A stretch of DNA of 64,000 bases, from NCBI GenBank assembly GCA_009914755.4, contig CP068257.2:17856001-17920000 (forward strand). Direction: 5' to 3'. The notes beneath the pieces were generated by a model that was not told the DNA's origin, made no database searches, and saw nothing but the letters and a program-made list of their open reading frames with translations. Positions 1 to 12,300 of the stretch are shown in pieces (position 1 is the stretch's first letter; each line of letters starts with the position of its first letter). This DNA is from the human T2T-CHM13v2.0 reference genome, Homo sapiens. Made by a program: the position numbers and the translations under genes.

Positions 1-1737
1 GCACCAGGTCTCAATGAATCCTGGACTTTTCTTGTCCATTGCTATCTATAAGTAATAAACCTACTTTACATAACTTGTTATAGGTGTGTGTGTTCTATCT
101 CACCAGACACAAACAAACTGGTAACCAGTGCACGGTGAACTTGCTTCACATACGTAAATAACAACATATAAGGACATAACTTGAGACTTCTGTGACTCCT
201 CAGAATTTTGTCCAGGATCTTGGTAGTGCAGAGAAAGTATACCACCCTCCCACCCTTTTCTAATGGGCATGGGTTCACCCCATTTATTTTCCTACACCTG
301 TCTCTGTTTTGCATAATAAGGACTCTAAAAAACACCTGTGCAGATACTCCAGCCTCCAACCATATCCTATGTAAAGAGCCAAATCTTGGCACCCCTTTGT
401 CCTAGGGGCGCACATACTCTCTGTTGGATTGTCCTTAAGAGGACAGCTCCATAAGGCCTGCATAATCTCTGGGGCAGTCATGGGTTGATCTGAATAGGAA
501 ATTCCAAGATGCTGGGTAGCATGGATGAGACAGCAGATGTGGGCTAAGGACATTCCTTTAGAATCTGTAAAGCCTTTACCCCATAAGGAGCATGGTCAGC
601 AGTGGCCAGGACTGGGCCTTGAAAATACAGGGCTCAAGCCAGCAGTCTTTCCCCCATTTAAGGGTGCAACAGGATGATGAATTTTTTTGCCTGGGCATTT
701 TCTCAAAATAAACTTTAAGTTCTGTTACAGTGAGAAAGCAGAAAATTTTAAGAAGTCAGAAGACTACAGTATCTGTGATAGAATTCAGAAACGGTCATTA
801 TTTCTGTCCTATTTGACACTGCATAATCACTTTTATCAACAGTATATTTTGATTAAATTTTCAACAAGTTTAGAAAAAATTATTTCTATAAAAGATTAAG
901 GTATTAAACCTCAGACAAGCCCATGCAGTGCCCAAAGTCTCATGCATGCTCTAGTTGTTGGACTCCTAAAATGAGTTACTCCCTTCTTTGTTAATTGTAG
1001 TACATATTAAGTAATTCCATATATGAAATGTGAAAATCAAAAGCAAATAATGAATGTGAAGAATATAAAAGCTTATTATTTGGCCTTCATCAACACAGTT
1101 TCATGCATTTAGCAAGCACTAAGTAGATATTTAGTAAACAACTGGATTTTGGTATTATATTGAATGAAAATAGGAATCAGAATGATTCTAAAGTATGACT
1201 AGAATCTCCATGCTTTGGGTCTTTTTTATTATAAAATTTTTATATGATAAAATTCAGGAGATACTGTTAGAGATTTTAAGAGTAAATGTGAGTAATAACA
1301 ACAAAGATATTTTCTGAATGGAATCTTGTGTCTTTGCCACTCTACATTTGATTTATTTGTATGAGTTAGTCACTGATGGTTCTCAAATTAAAAATATTGT
1401 TATATTTTCCAAAATTTTATAAGGAATAAATATACCTAATTATACAGAATTTAATTGTCTTTTCTGAGATTACACAGAAAGTGAGTTTTAGAACTGTAAT
1501 TAGAATCTTTAACGTGTTTTGGTCCATTTGTACTGTGGGCCAAAGTATCTTGCAAGTTTAAAGATTTAGATAGGTCAGTGTTAATGAGAGGAAAATAAGG
1601 TTGTTATCAATAAGGTTGATAATAAAACGATAATAGGAAAATAAGGTAGGCTGGAGAGCGGAGCAGTCCAGATAATCACAAACTTTAAAAAAATAGAAGA
1701 CAGCTCCAAATAGCATGTATAGTCTAAAAGATTTAGC

Positions 1738-1960
1738 TATGATTGTACCATTGCACTACAGCCTGGGCAACAAAGGGCATATTCATACAAACGGAACAAT
1801 GTTATTTTATCAAGGTATTAGATTATCATCCAAAACACATATGGTTGAAGTATCAACTCTGGTAAGGATGCTATGGGCCAGAGAATACAAAGTAAGTGAG
1901 ACTCTGTCTGAAAAAAAAAAAAAAAAAGAAAGAAAGAAAAAGAAAGGCAATAACACAAAC
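1738..1960 (+). mobile_element. Alu 3'-terminal fragment with an A/(GAAA)n-rich tail, split by a 117-bp inserted segment (1776-1892)
   Basis: 'ccattgcactacagcctgggcaacaaag' (to 1775) and 'taagtgagactctgtctg'+A17(GAAA)n (1893-1946) match the last ~55 bp of the Alu consensus (…ccactgcactccagcctgggcgacagagcgagactccgtctcaaaa). There is no Alu body upstream. Confidence 0.5.
1776..1892. repeat. Left arm of an inverted repeat of about 115 bp (partner 2107-2222)
   Basis: The reverse complement of 2107-2222 (gctatattcacacaagggtaacaacgttattttgtcaaggtattagattatcatccaaagcacatatggttgaagtatcaactctgttaaggatgctatgggtcagagaataca) aligns to 1776-1892 at about 90% identity by eye. Confidence 0.85.
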
Positions 1961-2106
1961 AAAAATGCCCTATGGTCATAAGTCCTTAGGACAGAGGGAG
2001 AATATCAGTCAAGTAAAATTTCCAAAACGTCATCACAGAAACACACACATTCACCATCCTCGCCCAGCACACACTCCACATTGTCTACAATTAGTCCGTT
2101 ACTGCA

Positions 2107-2222
2107 TTTGGGTCTGTATTCTCTGACCCATAGCATCCTTAACAGAGTTGATACTTCAACCATATGTGCTTTGGATGATAATCTAATACCTTGACAAAAT
2201 AACGTTGTTACCCTTGTGTGAA
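2107..2222. repeat. Right arm of the inverted repeat (partner 1776-1892); spacer of about 215 bp
   Basis: As for the left arm. The spacer (1893-2106) contains the Alu tail, a poly-A/GAAA run and unique sequence. Confidence 0.85.
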
Positions 2223-2876
2223 TATAGCAAATTTGGAAAATTTCAAATAAGTCATATCCATGGTCTTATATATTTGTGCAAATTTAGATATTGTGAATAA
2301 CTTTTCTTAAAGTGTTTGTAAAATTTACCAAAATGTAAGATTAGGCATGCTTGCATTTTCAATTATATTAATTGTTTTTCAGTTTGTGATTTTAAGTTGA
2401 AAGACATGTCAGTTTGTAGAATTACTATGTTATCATGATAAAGAGAACATACCATTTACTAAGTGGGTAAGTTTAGAAGATTTTGTTAAATTAATTTTTT
2501 GAGCGCTTAACAAGAATTTGTATATTCCTTAGTTTACCTGACACTGGAAGCCTTAAGAATATTAAATTCATTAAATTTTAAAATCTAATTTAAATTACTT
2601 AAGAAAATATATTATTTATGTTTATTCATAATTTATTTTCTTAACTTTGGGTTGATCCTTGAAATGACTAACTTCTAAAGCCAAGAAGGATTCGCTTTTT
2701 TCTCTTGAAGTTGTTAGTTTAATAAGCAAATATTATTGTAAATACCCAAGTAAGGACATGAAGTTTCTTTTTGAGATGATGAAATGTTCTAAAATGGATC
2801 ATGACAATAGTTGCCCGTATCTGAAAATATACCTGAAAACATTGAATTGTACTTTTTAAGTGGGTGAATTGTATGG

Positions 2877-3414
2877 CAGGGGTCCCCAACCCCTGGGCTA
2901 TGAACTAATGTCAATTCATGGCCTGTTAGGAACCAGGCCGCACAGCAGGAGGTGAGCCACAGCAAATGAATGAAGCTTCATCTGTATTTACAGCCACTCC
3001 TTATTGCTCTCATTACCGCTTGAGTTCCACCTCCTGTTAAATCGGTGGTGGCATTAGATTCTCACAGGAGTGCAAATTTTATTGTGAACTGCACATGTGA
3101 GAGATCTAGGTGACACACTCCTTATAGTAATCTAATGCCTGATTATTAGCCACCGTCTCCTATTACCCACAGATGGGAAAACTCTGCAGGGAACAATTTG
3201 CAGGAAAACAAGCTCAGGGCTCCCATTGATTCTACATGATGGTGAATTGTATAATTATTTCATTATATATTACAATGTAATAATAATAGAAATAAAGTAC
3301 ACGATAAATGTAACGTGTTTACATTATCCCCAAACCATCCCTCCATCCCTAATCCATGGAAAAATCGTCTTCCATGAAACCAGTCCCTGGTGCCAAAAAG
3401 GTTGGGGACTGCTA
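2877..3414. mobile_element. Non-autonomous DNA transposon (hAT-like, MER-type) with terminal inverted repeats and an 8-bp target-site duplication
   Basis: The termini 'caggggtccccaacc…' and '…ccaaaaaggttggggactgc' are inverted complements. A direct repeat 'ttgtatgg' lies at 2869-2876 and 3415-3422. The interior matches a human DNA-transposon consensus recalled from memory (…gcctgttaggaaccaggccgcacagcaggaggtgagc…gtgaactgcacatgtgag…tctaatgcctga…ggaaaaatcgtcttccatgaaaccagtccctggtgccaaaaaggttgggg). Confidence 0.7.
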
Positions 3415-5371
3415 TTGTATGGCATATAAATTGAATCTCACTGAGGTTGTTTTAAAAAGTAAGTTGATATAGCCTTCTTAGCTCAAGACTCATCCCTCAG
3501 TAATGATTTAAATGCTACCTTATACATATTATTATTTCTTAAAATAAATTTTAAAATAGTTAAAGTGCCCAATTAAAAAAATTTTGATTCAAAATTATAA
3601 ATGCTTTTATAAATTGTTATAGCAATTTATACACTTATCTTCAGTGTATTTTTAGTTCTTATCATATCCAGCTACGCAAAAGATTATAATCATTAAAGAG
3701 CAAAAATTTTACAAAAAATCTGTGATAGTTTTTTTGTTCAAGATTCAATATCTCAATACACTGGTTTTTAATATAAATGTACTTGAGAATCAGTGAGGAT
3801 GACATTTTAAAAAATGCATGTTCTGTATCAGTCTAGGTCTAATCAAGAAAGAGAAACCACTTAGTTAAGGGAAAATCTAAAGAAGAATTATTAACTATAA
3901 CAGGAAATTAGAGTAATGAGGGTTTGACTAGTATGGAGTAAATATTAATTTAAGGAATGTAGGCATAGTAGATATAAAAAGAGCCATTACCACTTGGGCT
4001 GAGATAGAGAACCCAAGGAAGAATTTCCACCCCCTACTACCAACCCAAGGCTGAGATCTAGACTTTTGTGGAGGGGGCACGGTCATGGCAAGGAAGTTGT
4101 TATAGTGTTGTGCTGATGAAACTGGCTGGAAATTCACTATCTAGGATGCCAGGGACAGCTATTCCCTGACAATTATCTTGCTGGGAGCACTCTGCTAGAA
4201 ATCATCTGCCCTGAGGAAGTGCTGGGGAAAGCTGTTGGCCACTGAAAGTTGCTGGCCACAGTGAACTGCAGAAATTAGGTACTAGAAAATTTGGAAGTGC
4301 TGTGGGAGCTGTGGCCTTGGATGCCCTGTGCACCGCAAAAGCAGTTACACCAGGACCAAGCAGCAAAAGTTTTCTCCTACAATATTTCTCCACCATCTTT
4401 TACTGGCAAAGCTTTAATGGAAGCTGGCAAGGAAAAACAGTGAAAGGGGCACAGATCCTTTTACAAAGAGCCGGCAGAAGGGTGAAATTGGAGTTGAGAA
4501 GCACTAAATTGACTAGAAGAACAATATTTTTAAATATTTTTACGTTAAGAATTGTCCACTCCTTTACATTTAAAATGTTTCTATCAGAAATTGAGTTTTA
4601 ATATGGATTTTAAGATACTTTGACTGTCATAAGTGTTGATAATGAGTGACATTTGTAAGTTGACTTTTTGTTTGAGGTATATTTTTGTTTATCTCAGATC
4701 TTAATGTTTCTTTAAGAAATTTATTCATGTCTTGGTGTATGACATTAAACAATTTCACCAGTTTAGAAGGTTCATATTTTTGTCTCTGTTTATTTTTATG
4801 ATATTGTGTTTTTTTATACTTACTACTTTTAATCCCCTGGAAATGATTGTATCGTATGGCCTGGGGACATTCTAGTATTAATATTTATTGAGGCCTCAAG
4901 CCCAGTTGTGTCGATGTGGGCTGTAATGTCTCTTGTTTTAGCTTTCCCCCAGGAAGAGCAATCCATCCAGCAGTCCTTGAGGAGTGGTTCCTGGAGTCAT
5001 ACAAACAATTAGACCTAAGGCGAAAATAGTGAACAGAAGACCTTGTGATGTGTAGTAAACTTTTCACTGCAACTATGCAGAATTTTCTGCCAGAGCTGCT
5101 GAAGCACTGCCCCAAAGTGTTGTCAGCTGTTGGCCTTCTTCTGAAATTGTCTCAACAGTAGAGAGCCAGCTTGCCCAAGGTGATGTTTCCTTCCCAGAGA
5201 TGTCTGTATGCAAAGATGGTTTCTAGTGGTGAGTGAGATTGGTGTAAAGTGAGACTCCTGACTAAAATGTTAGACAATACTGAAGGGCCATGCTGTCTTC
5301 CAAAATCCCCATGTGGATGTTGGAGTCCATCACTTAGCATGTATCGTGGTTCAACTTCTCCCTTTGCCCAA

Positions 5372-5818
5372 TGTATTAGTCTGTTCTCTCGCTGCTATAA
5401 GGAAATACTTGAGACTGGGTATTTTATTTAAAAAAATGTTTTAATTGGTTTTGCAGGCTGTACAGGAAGCATTATGCTGGCATCTTCTCAACTTCTGGGG
5501 AGCCCTCAGAAAACTTAACAATTATAGCAGAAGGCAAAGGGGGAGCCGGCACTTCACATGGCTGGCAAAGGAGAAAGAGAGAGGGGGGAAGGTGCCACAC
5601 ACTTTTAAACAACCAGATTCCCTGAGAACTCACTATTGCAATGACAGCACCAAGGCGGGTGGTGTTAAACCATGAGAAACTGCCCCCATGATTCAATCAC
5701 CTCTCCCAATTCCCACCTCCAGCACTGGGGATTTCATTTCAACATGAGAGTTGGGTGGTTACACAGATACAAACCATATGACTCAATTGGGTGGTTACAC
5801 AGATACAAACCATATTAC
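5372..5818 (-). mobile_element. MaLR LTR (THE1/MST-like), full length, minus orientation
   Basis: It starts 'tgtattagtctgttctctcgctgctataaggaaatacttgagactgggtatttta' and ends '…caaaccatat', which is the reverse complement of the THE1/MST LTR consensus (tgatatggtttgg … ggactaataca). It contains a 36-bp tandem duplication at 5751-5822. Confidence 0.8.
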
Positions 5819-5914
5819 TCAATCTTACTTTTCACCTATGTTATCCTAAAATACTCGTAAAGTACTTTTGGCACACTAATCTCCCTCTCAGAGTGTGCAC
5901 AAATTTTCACAAAT

Positions 5915-5945
5915 TACACACACACACACACACATATATATATAC
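5915..5945. repeat. (CA)n(TA)n compound microsatellite
   Basis: acacacacacacacacacatatatatatacacatatgtat. Confidence 0.9.
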
Positions 5946-6649
5946 ACATATGTATCTATGAAGTTAGCTGAAGACAATAGTAGTTTTTTTAACATTGCAC
6001 TCATTGAGCATTCATCTTAATACCATGCTAATGGTTCAAGTCTTTTCCTCCCATAGGTTTGAAGTGATTACATGATTGCTCTTTAGGGACTCTTAGTTGC
6101 AAGTCACATTATGTAACACAACTCTCCCTACCAACCTTTTTTTAGAAAGATGATTGCATTTAGATTATTATGTATTTATTTTTTATACTAACTTACCATT
6201 TGTTAGTCTATGTCCAAGTTTATATAAATCCACTTATTTTTATTCATATTTGTCAAAGTCTGAGATTTATGTCTCTTTTTCACTCTGGGTTCTATTCCTT
6301 TCCCTATAAGAAGGACCTGTCTCTGTGAAGTTGTGTTTTTTATTTTTTTTTTAATTCAAGTACAATGCCTTTATAGACTTTATGGAGCTAATGAATATAA
6401 AAAAAGACCATCAAATACACTTGTTATTAAATGCCAATTGTTTAAAACAAATACTCTATTCCCTCAAATGATGAATGTTTGATAATACATTCAATTAGAG
6501 TATGAGGAGGCAGATACCTTTACAAAATTCTGGGAAACTACAAATCAACTGCTTTTGTAAACGCTGTCATTACAAACATCATCATACACCATTACAAGGC
6601 ACTTTTGGCATTCATAGATTTTTTATCTGATTTCTCTACTTGTTTTTTG

Positions 6650-9268
6650 ACTTCTTGATTGATACATTGTAATAATGATTGTACATATTTATAGGGTAAC
6701 GTTGATATTTTGATACAAACATACATACAAACAACGTGTAATCATCAAATCAAGGTAATAAGGAAATCTATCACCTTAAACCTTTATTTATTTGTGTTGG
6801 AAACATCTTCACTCTTCTAGCTATTTTGAAAAATCATAAATTATTGCTAAATATACTCATCCTAGTATGCTACCAAACACTATTTATTCCTTCTCTCTAA
6901 CTGTATTCATTCCTTCTACTTTTTGTATTCATTAATCAGTCTCTTTTAATTTCCCCTCATTTCCCAGGATCAAGTAATCATTATTCTCTTCTTTACTTCC
7001 ATGATATCATTTTTTTTTCCTTCCACATGCAAGTGAGAACATACAATATTTGTCTTTTTATGCCTGGCTTATTTTACTTAACACTCTGTCCCCCAGTTCC
7101 ATTTATGTTCCTTCTAATGACAATATTTAATTCCTTTTTATGGCTGAATAACATTTATTGTGTGTAAATACCACATTTTCTTTATCAATTTATCCATTGA
7201 TGTATAATTAGATTGATTACATAACTTGGCTATTGTGAATAGTTCTGCAATATACATGGGTATGCAGCTATTTCTTTGATACACAGAATTCTTTTCTTTT
7301 GGGTACATAATCAGTATTAGGATTGTCAGCTTATATGGTAGATCTACTTTTAGTTTTTCGAAGGATCTTCGTACTGTTTTCCATACATTTCGTACTAATT
7401 TACATTCCCACCAGCAGTGTAACATCATTCTTGTTTCTCTGCGTTCTCACTAGCATCTGTAATTTTTTTTGTCTTTTTGATGATAGCCATGTAAATTGGG
7501 TGGAGATAATATCTCATGTGTTTTATTTGCATTTCCTTGATTATTAATGACGTTGAGCAGTTTTCATGTACCTGTTGGTAATTTGTATGTGTTCTTTTTA
7601 AAAATGTTTATTCAGATATTTTTGCCCATTCTTAAATTAGATTATTTTTTTGCTTTTATGCTGTTGAGTTGTTTGAGTTTCTTATATATTTTTGTTATTA
7701 CTCCGTCACATTTTCTTCCATTCTACAGGTTGTGTCTTCACTCTGTTGATTGTTTCCTTTCCTGTGCTGAAGATATTTAGTTCGATGTAATAAACAAAAA
7801 AAAAATTGTCTATTTTTGCTTTTGTTGCCCGTGCTTTTTTAAGTCCCAAACATTATTTGCTCAGACCAATGTCCTGAAACATTCCCCCAAGGTTTACATC
7901 TATTAGTTCCATAGTTTCTGGTCTTACATTTTAGTCTTTAATCTATTTTGATTTAATTTCTGTATAACGTGAGAGATAGGCATCTAGTTTCATTTTTTTT
8001 TTTGTCTATGGATATCGAATTTTTCCGACACAATTTATTAAAGAGACCACCCTTTTTCCAATGAATGTTCCTGATGTTTTTGTCAAAAATCAGTTAGCTG
8101 AAAACATGTGGATTTTTTGAGAGGGTTTAATATTCTGCTTCATTGGTCTATGTTTTTATACCAATACCATGCTGTTCTTGTTACTATAGCTTTGTAGTAT
8201 ATATTTTGACATCAAGAATTGTGATGCCTTCAGCTTCGTTCTGTGTGCTCAGGATGCTTTTTGGCTACCAGGAGTCTTCTGTGACTCCATGTGAATTTTA
8301 GGATTGTTGTTCCTATTTCTGTGAAGAATATAATTGGTATTTTAGTAGAGATTCTATTGAATCTATAGATCACTTTTGATATTACATTCATTTTCACAAT
8401 ATTAATTCAATCCATGAACATGGGATGTGCTTCACTTTTTTTTTTCTGTGACCTATTCTATTTCTATCACTACTGATTTCTAGTTTTCCTTGTAAAGATC
8501 TTTTGTTTCTTTGGTTAATTTTTTATCTAGGCACTTTAGTTAATTTTTTTGGCTACCGTAAATGGGATCACTTTATTGGTTTCTTTTCCTGCTAGTTCAC
8601 CGTTGGCATAGAGAAATGCTACCAATTTTGTATGTTAGTTTCATATCCTGCAACTTTATTGAATGTGTTTATCAGTTTTAAGAGTTCTTTGATGTTGTCT
8701 TTTGTGTTTTTTATATATAATATCAGGTCACCTGCAAACAGGTATAATTTGGCTTTCTCCTCTTCAATTTGCATGCCCTTTATTTCTTTCTCTTGCCTAA
8801 TTGCCCCGTCTTTAACTTCTAGCACTATGTTGAGAAAGAATGGTAAAAGTAAGGCATACTTGTCTGTTACAGTTCTTAGAGGAAAAGCTTTCAGCTTTTC
8901 CCCATTCATTATTATGTCATCTGGGGGCTTGTCATAGATGGCCTGTATCGTGTTAAGGTGTGCTCCTTCTATAGTGAGTTTGTTGAAGTTTCTTTTTTTT
9001 AATAAAGCTACATTGAATTTTATAAATTTATAAATTTTTTGAGTCTATTGAGATGACCACATGGTATCTGCCCTTCATTCTGTGGATCCAGTGTATCACA
9101 TTTATTGTTTTGTGTCTGTTGAACCATTCTTCCATCCCTGTGATAAATCTTATTTGATCATGGTAAATGATCTTTTTAATGTGCTGGATCTTTTTAATGT
9201 GGGTTCGGTTTTCTAACATTTTGTTGAGGATTTTTGCATCTACCTTTATTAGGGATATTGGCCTATAG

Positions 9269-9302
<34 letters not shown>

Positions 9303-12300
9303 TTTGCCTGGTTTGGGTATCAAGGTAATGCTGGCCTCATTAAATGAGTTCAGAAGAGTTCCCTCCTCTTCAAATTTCTGGAAGAGTTTGAGAAGAATTA
9401 GTGTTAGTTGTTCTTTAAATGATTGGTAGAATTTAGCAATGAAACCATCAGGCCCTGGGCTTTTCTTTGATAGCAAACTTTTTATTGCTTTTTCAGTCTC
9501 ATTGCATTAATTGGTCTGTTCGAGGTTCTTATTTCTTCATGGTTCTATCTCGGTAGGTTTTATGTGTTCAGAAATTTGTTCATTTCCCTTAGGTTTTCCA
9601 ATTTATTGGCATACAATTGTTTATAATAGTGTCCAATGATCCTTTGAATTTCTATGGTATCAGTTATAATTTTTTGTTTGTTTCTGATTTTATGTGTCTT
9701 TTTTTCTTGGTTAGTCTAACTGATGATTTGTTGATTTTTTTATATTTTTAAAAAACCAAATTTCACTTTATAGCTAATTTGAATTAGTTTTAGTCTCAAT
9801 TTCATTTATTTCTACTCTGATCTTTATTATTTCTTTTCTTTTAATAATTTGGGGTTTGGATTGTTCTTACACTTCTAGTTCTTTGTGATGAATCATTAGG
9901 TTGTTTGTTTGAAATTTTTCTACTCTTTTGATGTAGGCATTTATTGCGATAAACTTCTTTTCTAATACTACTTTTGCATTATAGCTTAGTTTTTGGAAAA
10001 TTGTATTTCTATTTTCATTTGTTTCAGGAAACATCTAAATTTCCTTTTAAATTTATTCATGGACTCATTGGTCATTCAGGAATGTGTCATTTAATTTTCA
10101 TAATCTTGTGCAGTTTAAAGTTTCTCTAATTTTTTATTTTTAGATTTATATCATTGTGATCAGAAAAGATACACGATATGAATTCTGTTCTTTTAAATTT
10201 GTTAAGAATTGTTTTGTGGCCTAACATTTGGCCTCTCCTGGAGAACGCTGTAAGGGCTGATGAAAAAAGATGTGCATTCTTCAGCTGTTGGATGAAATGT
10301 TCCACAGATGTCTGTTAGAACCACTTGGTCTAAATTGCAGTTTAAATTCAACATTTCCTTGACGATTTTCTGTCTAGATAATCTGTCGAATGCTGAAAGT
10401 GCAGTGGTTCTCCAAATATTATTTTATTGGAATCTATCTCTTCTTTTAGGTCAAATAATATTTGCTTTATACATCTGGGTGCTCCAGTATTGCAAGCATG
10501 TATATTTGCAATTATTATGTCCTCTTGCTGAACAGTTCCCTCTTTCATTATATAGTGATGCTCTTTGTCTCTCTTTACAGTTTTTTATTGAAGCCTGTTT
10601 CGTGTAGTTAATCCTGCTCATTTTTCATTTCTGTTTGTATAAAATGTCTTTCTCCATCACTTCATATTTAGTTTATATGTGTCTTTAAAGTAAGTGTCTT
10701 GTAGGCAGTATATAGATACCTCATTTTTTTTAATTCATTCATCACATTATATTTTTTAAGTGGAGGAATTTATTTTTGTTGAAGGTTATCATTGATAGGT
10801 AATGATTTACCCTTGTTATTTTGCTAATTATTTTCTGTTTGTTTTGTATACTCTTTCTTTTCTTCCTCTTTTATTATTATTGTTATTTTGTTTTCTGTAA
10901 TTAAAATGCTTAATCTTTTCTCTTTTTCTTTTGTATATCTGCTCTACCAGTGAGTTTTACAGTTTTGCATGTTTTTATGATGGTGATTATTGTCTTTTCA
11001 TTTCCAGATGCAGGATGCCCTTGAACATTTCTTGAAGGCTGGTTCAGTGATGACAAATTCCCTCAGTTTTTGCTTTCCTGGGAAAGATTATACTTTTCCC
11101 TTATTTCTAAATAATGGCTCTATTAGGGATAGTATTATTTGCTTGCAATTTATTTTTCTTCAGTACTTTGAATATATTATCCCATTCTCTCCCTTGCCTG
11201 TAAGACTTCTGCTGACATATCAGCTTTTTGTCTAATGGAGATTTCCTTATATGTGACTTGAAACATTTCTCTTGCTGTTTTCGGAATTCTCCCTGTGTCT
11301 TTGACTTTTGACAATTTGACTATAATGTACCTCAAAGAGAGCATGTTTGGGTTGAATTTATTGGGACAACTTTGAGCTTCCAGGATCTGAGTGACAATAT
11401 CTCTCCCCAGCCTTGAATAGTTTCTCAGCTATATCTCAATTAAATAGGTTTGCTGTGACTTTTTCCAACTCTTTCTCTGGAAACTCTATAATACAGGTAT
11501 TTGTTTGCTTAATAGTGTCTCATAGTACTGTAGGCATTCTTCATTCTTTTTTATTCTTTTTTTCCCTCTTGCTGGATAATTTCAAATTATGTATCTTTAA
11601 ACTCGGAGATTATTTATTCTGTCTGATCAAAGTCTTCTGCTGAAGTTCTCTGTTGTATGTTTTATTTCATTCATTAAATTATTTAGCTGAAGAATTTCTG
11701 TTTTGTTCTTTTTTTAATAATACCCTGAATTCTTTGTTCGTGTTATAAATTATTTTCCTAGGTTTGTTGAATTATCTATCTGTTTTGTTTTGTTTTGTTT
11801 TTATATCTTGTGGAGTTTTTTTAAGATTGTTATTTAGAATTCTTTTTCTGGCAATTCATTGATTTCCTTTACATTGGAAAGGACTCTCATTAGAGAGTTT
11901 TTATATTCCTTTGGTCATGTTATATTTCCTTCTGTTTTCATATTTCTTTTGTTTCTGTGTTGATGTCTGTCCATCTAGCATAACAAATAACAGTACCCTC
12001 TTCCAAATTTTCTAGAGTGGTTTTCACAGAGATAGACTTTTACCTGAAGATGAGTCTCAGTGTGCCAGTTAGGAAGGATGTGGTGACTTTCTTTTTTTTC
12101 CAGGTGAGTACAGTGTTTTAGTCTTCATGCAGCTTCTTCAGCTGTTTTCAACCTCAGTAATAGATTCAGGCACCTCAGTGGCCTAGGCTGTAGAAGTTTG
12201 TGGCAGCAGTGACAGCAGGTTAGGTTTTTAATGTTTTTGGTGGCAAGGGATTTTGGGAATCCTTCTATTCTCATATTCACCACAAGAGGGAGACTTTGAC

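Noticed and set aside
3241-3255. 'ggtgaattgtat' inside the DNA transposon resembling the flanking sequence 'gggtgaattgtatgg' at 2861-2876, as a possible internal target-site copy
   Set aside because: It is only a 12-bp match in AT-rich sequence, which is compatible with chance. It lacks the full ttgtatgg and has no matching partner arrangement.
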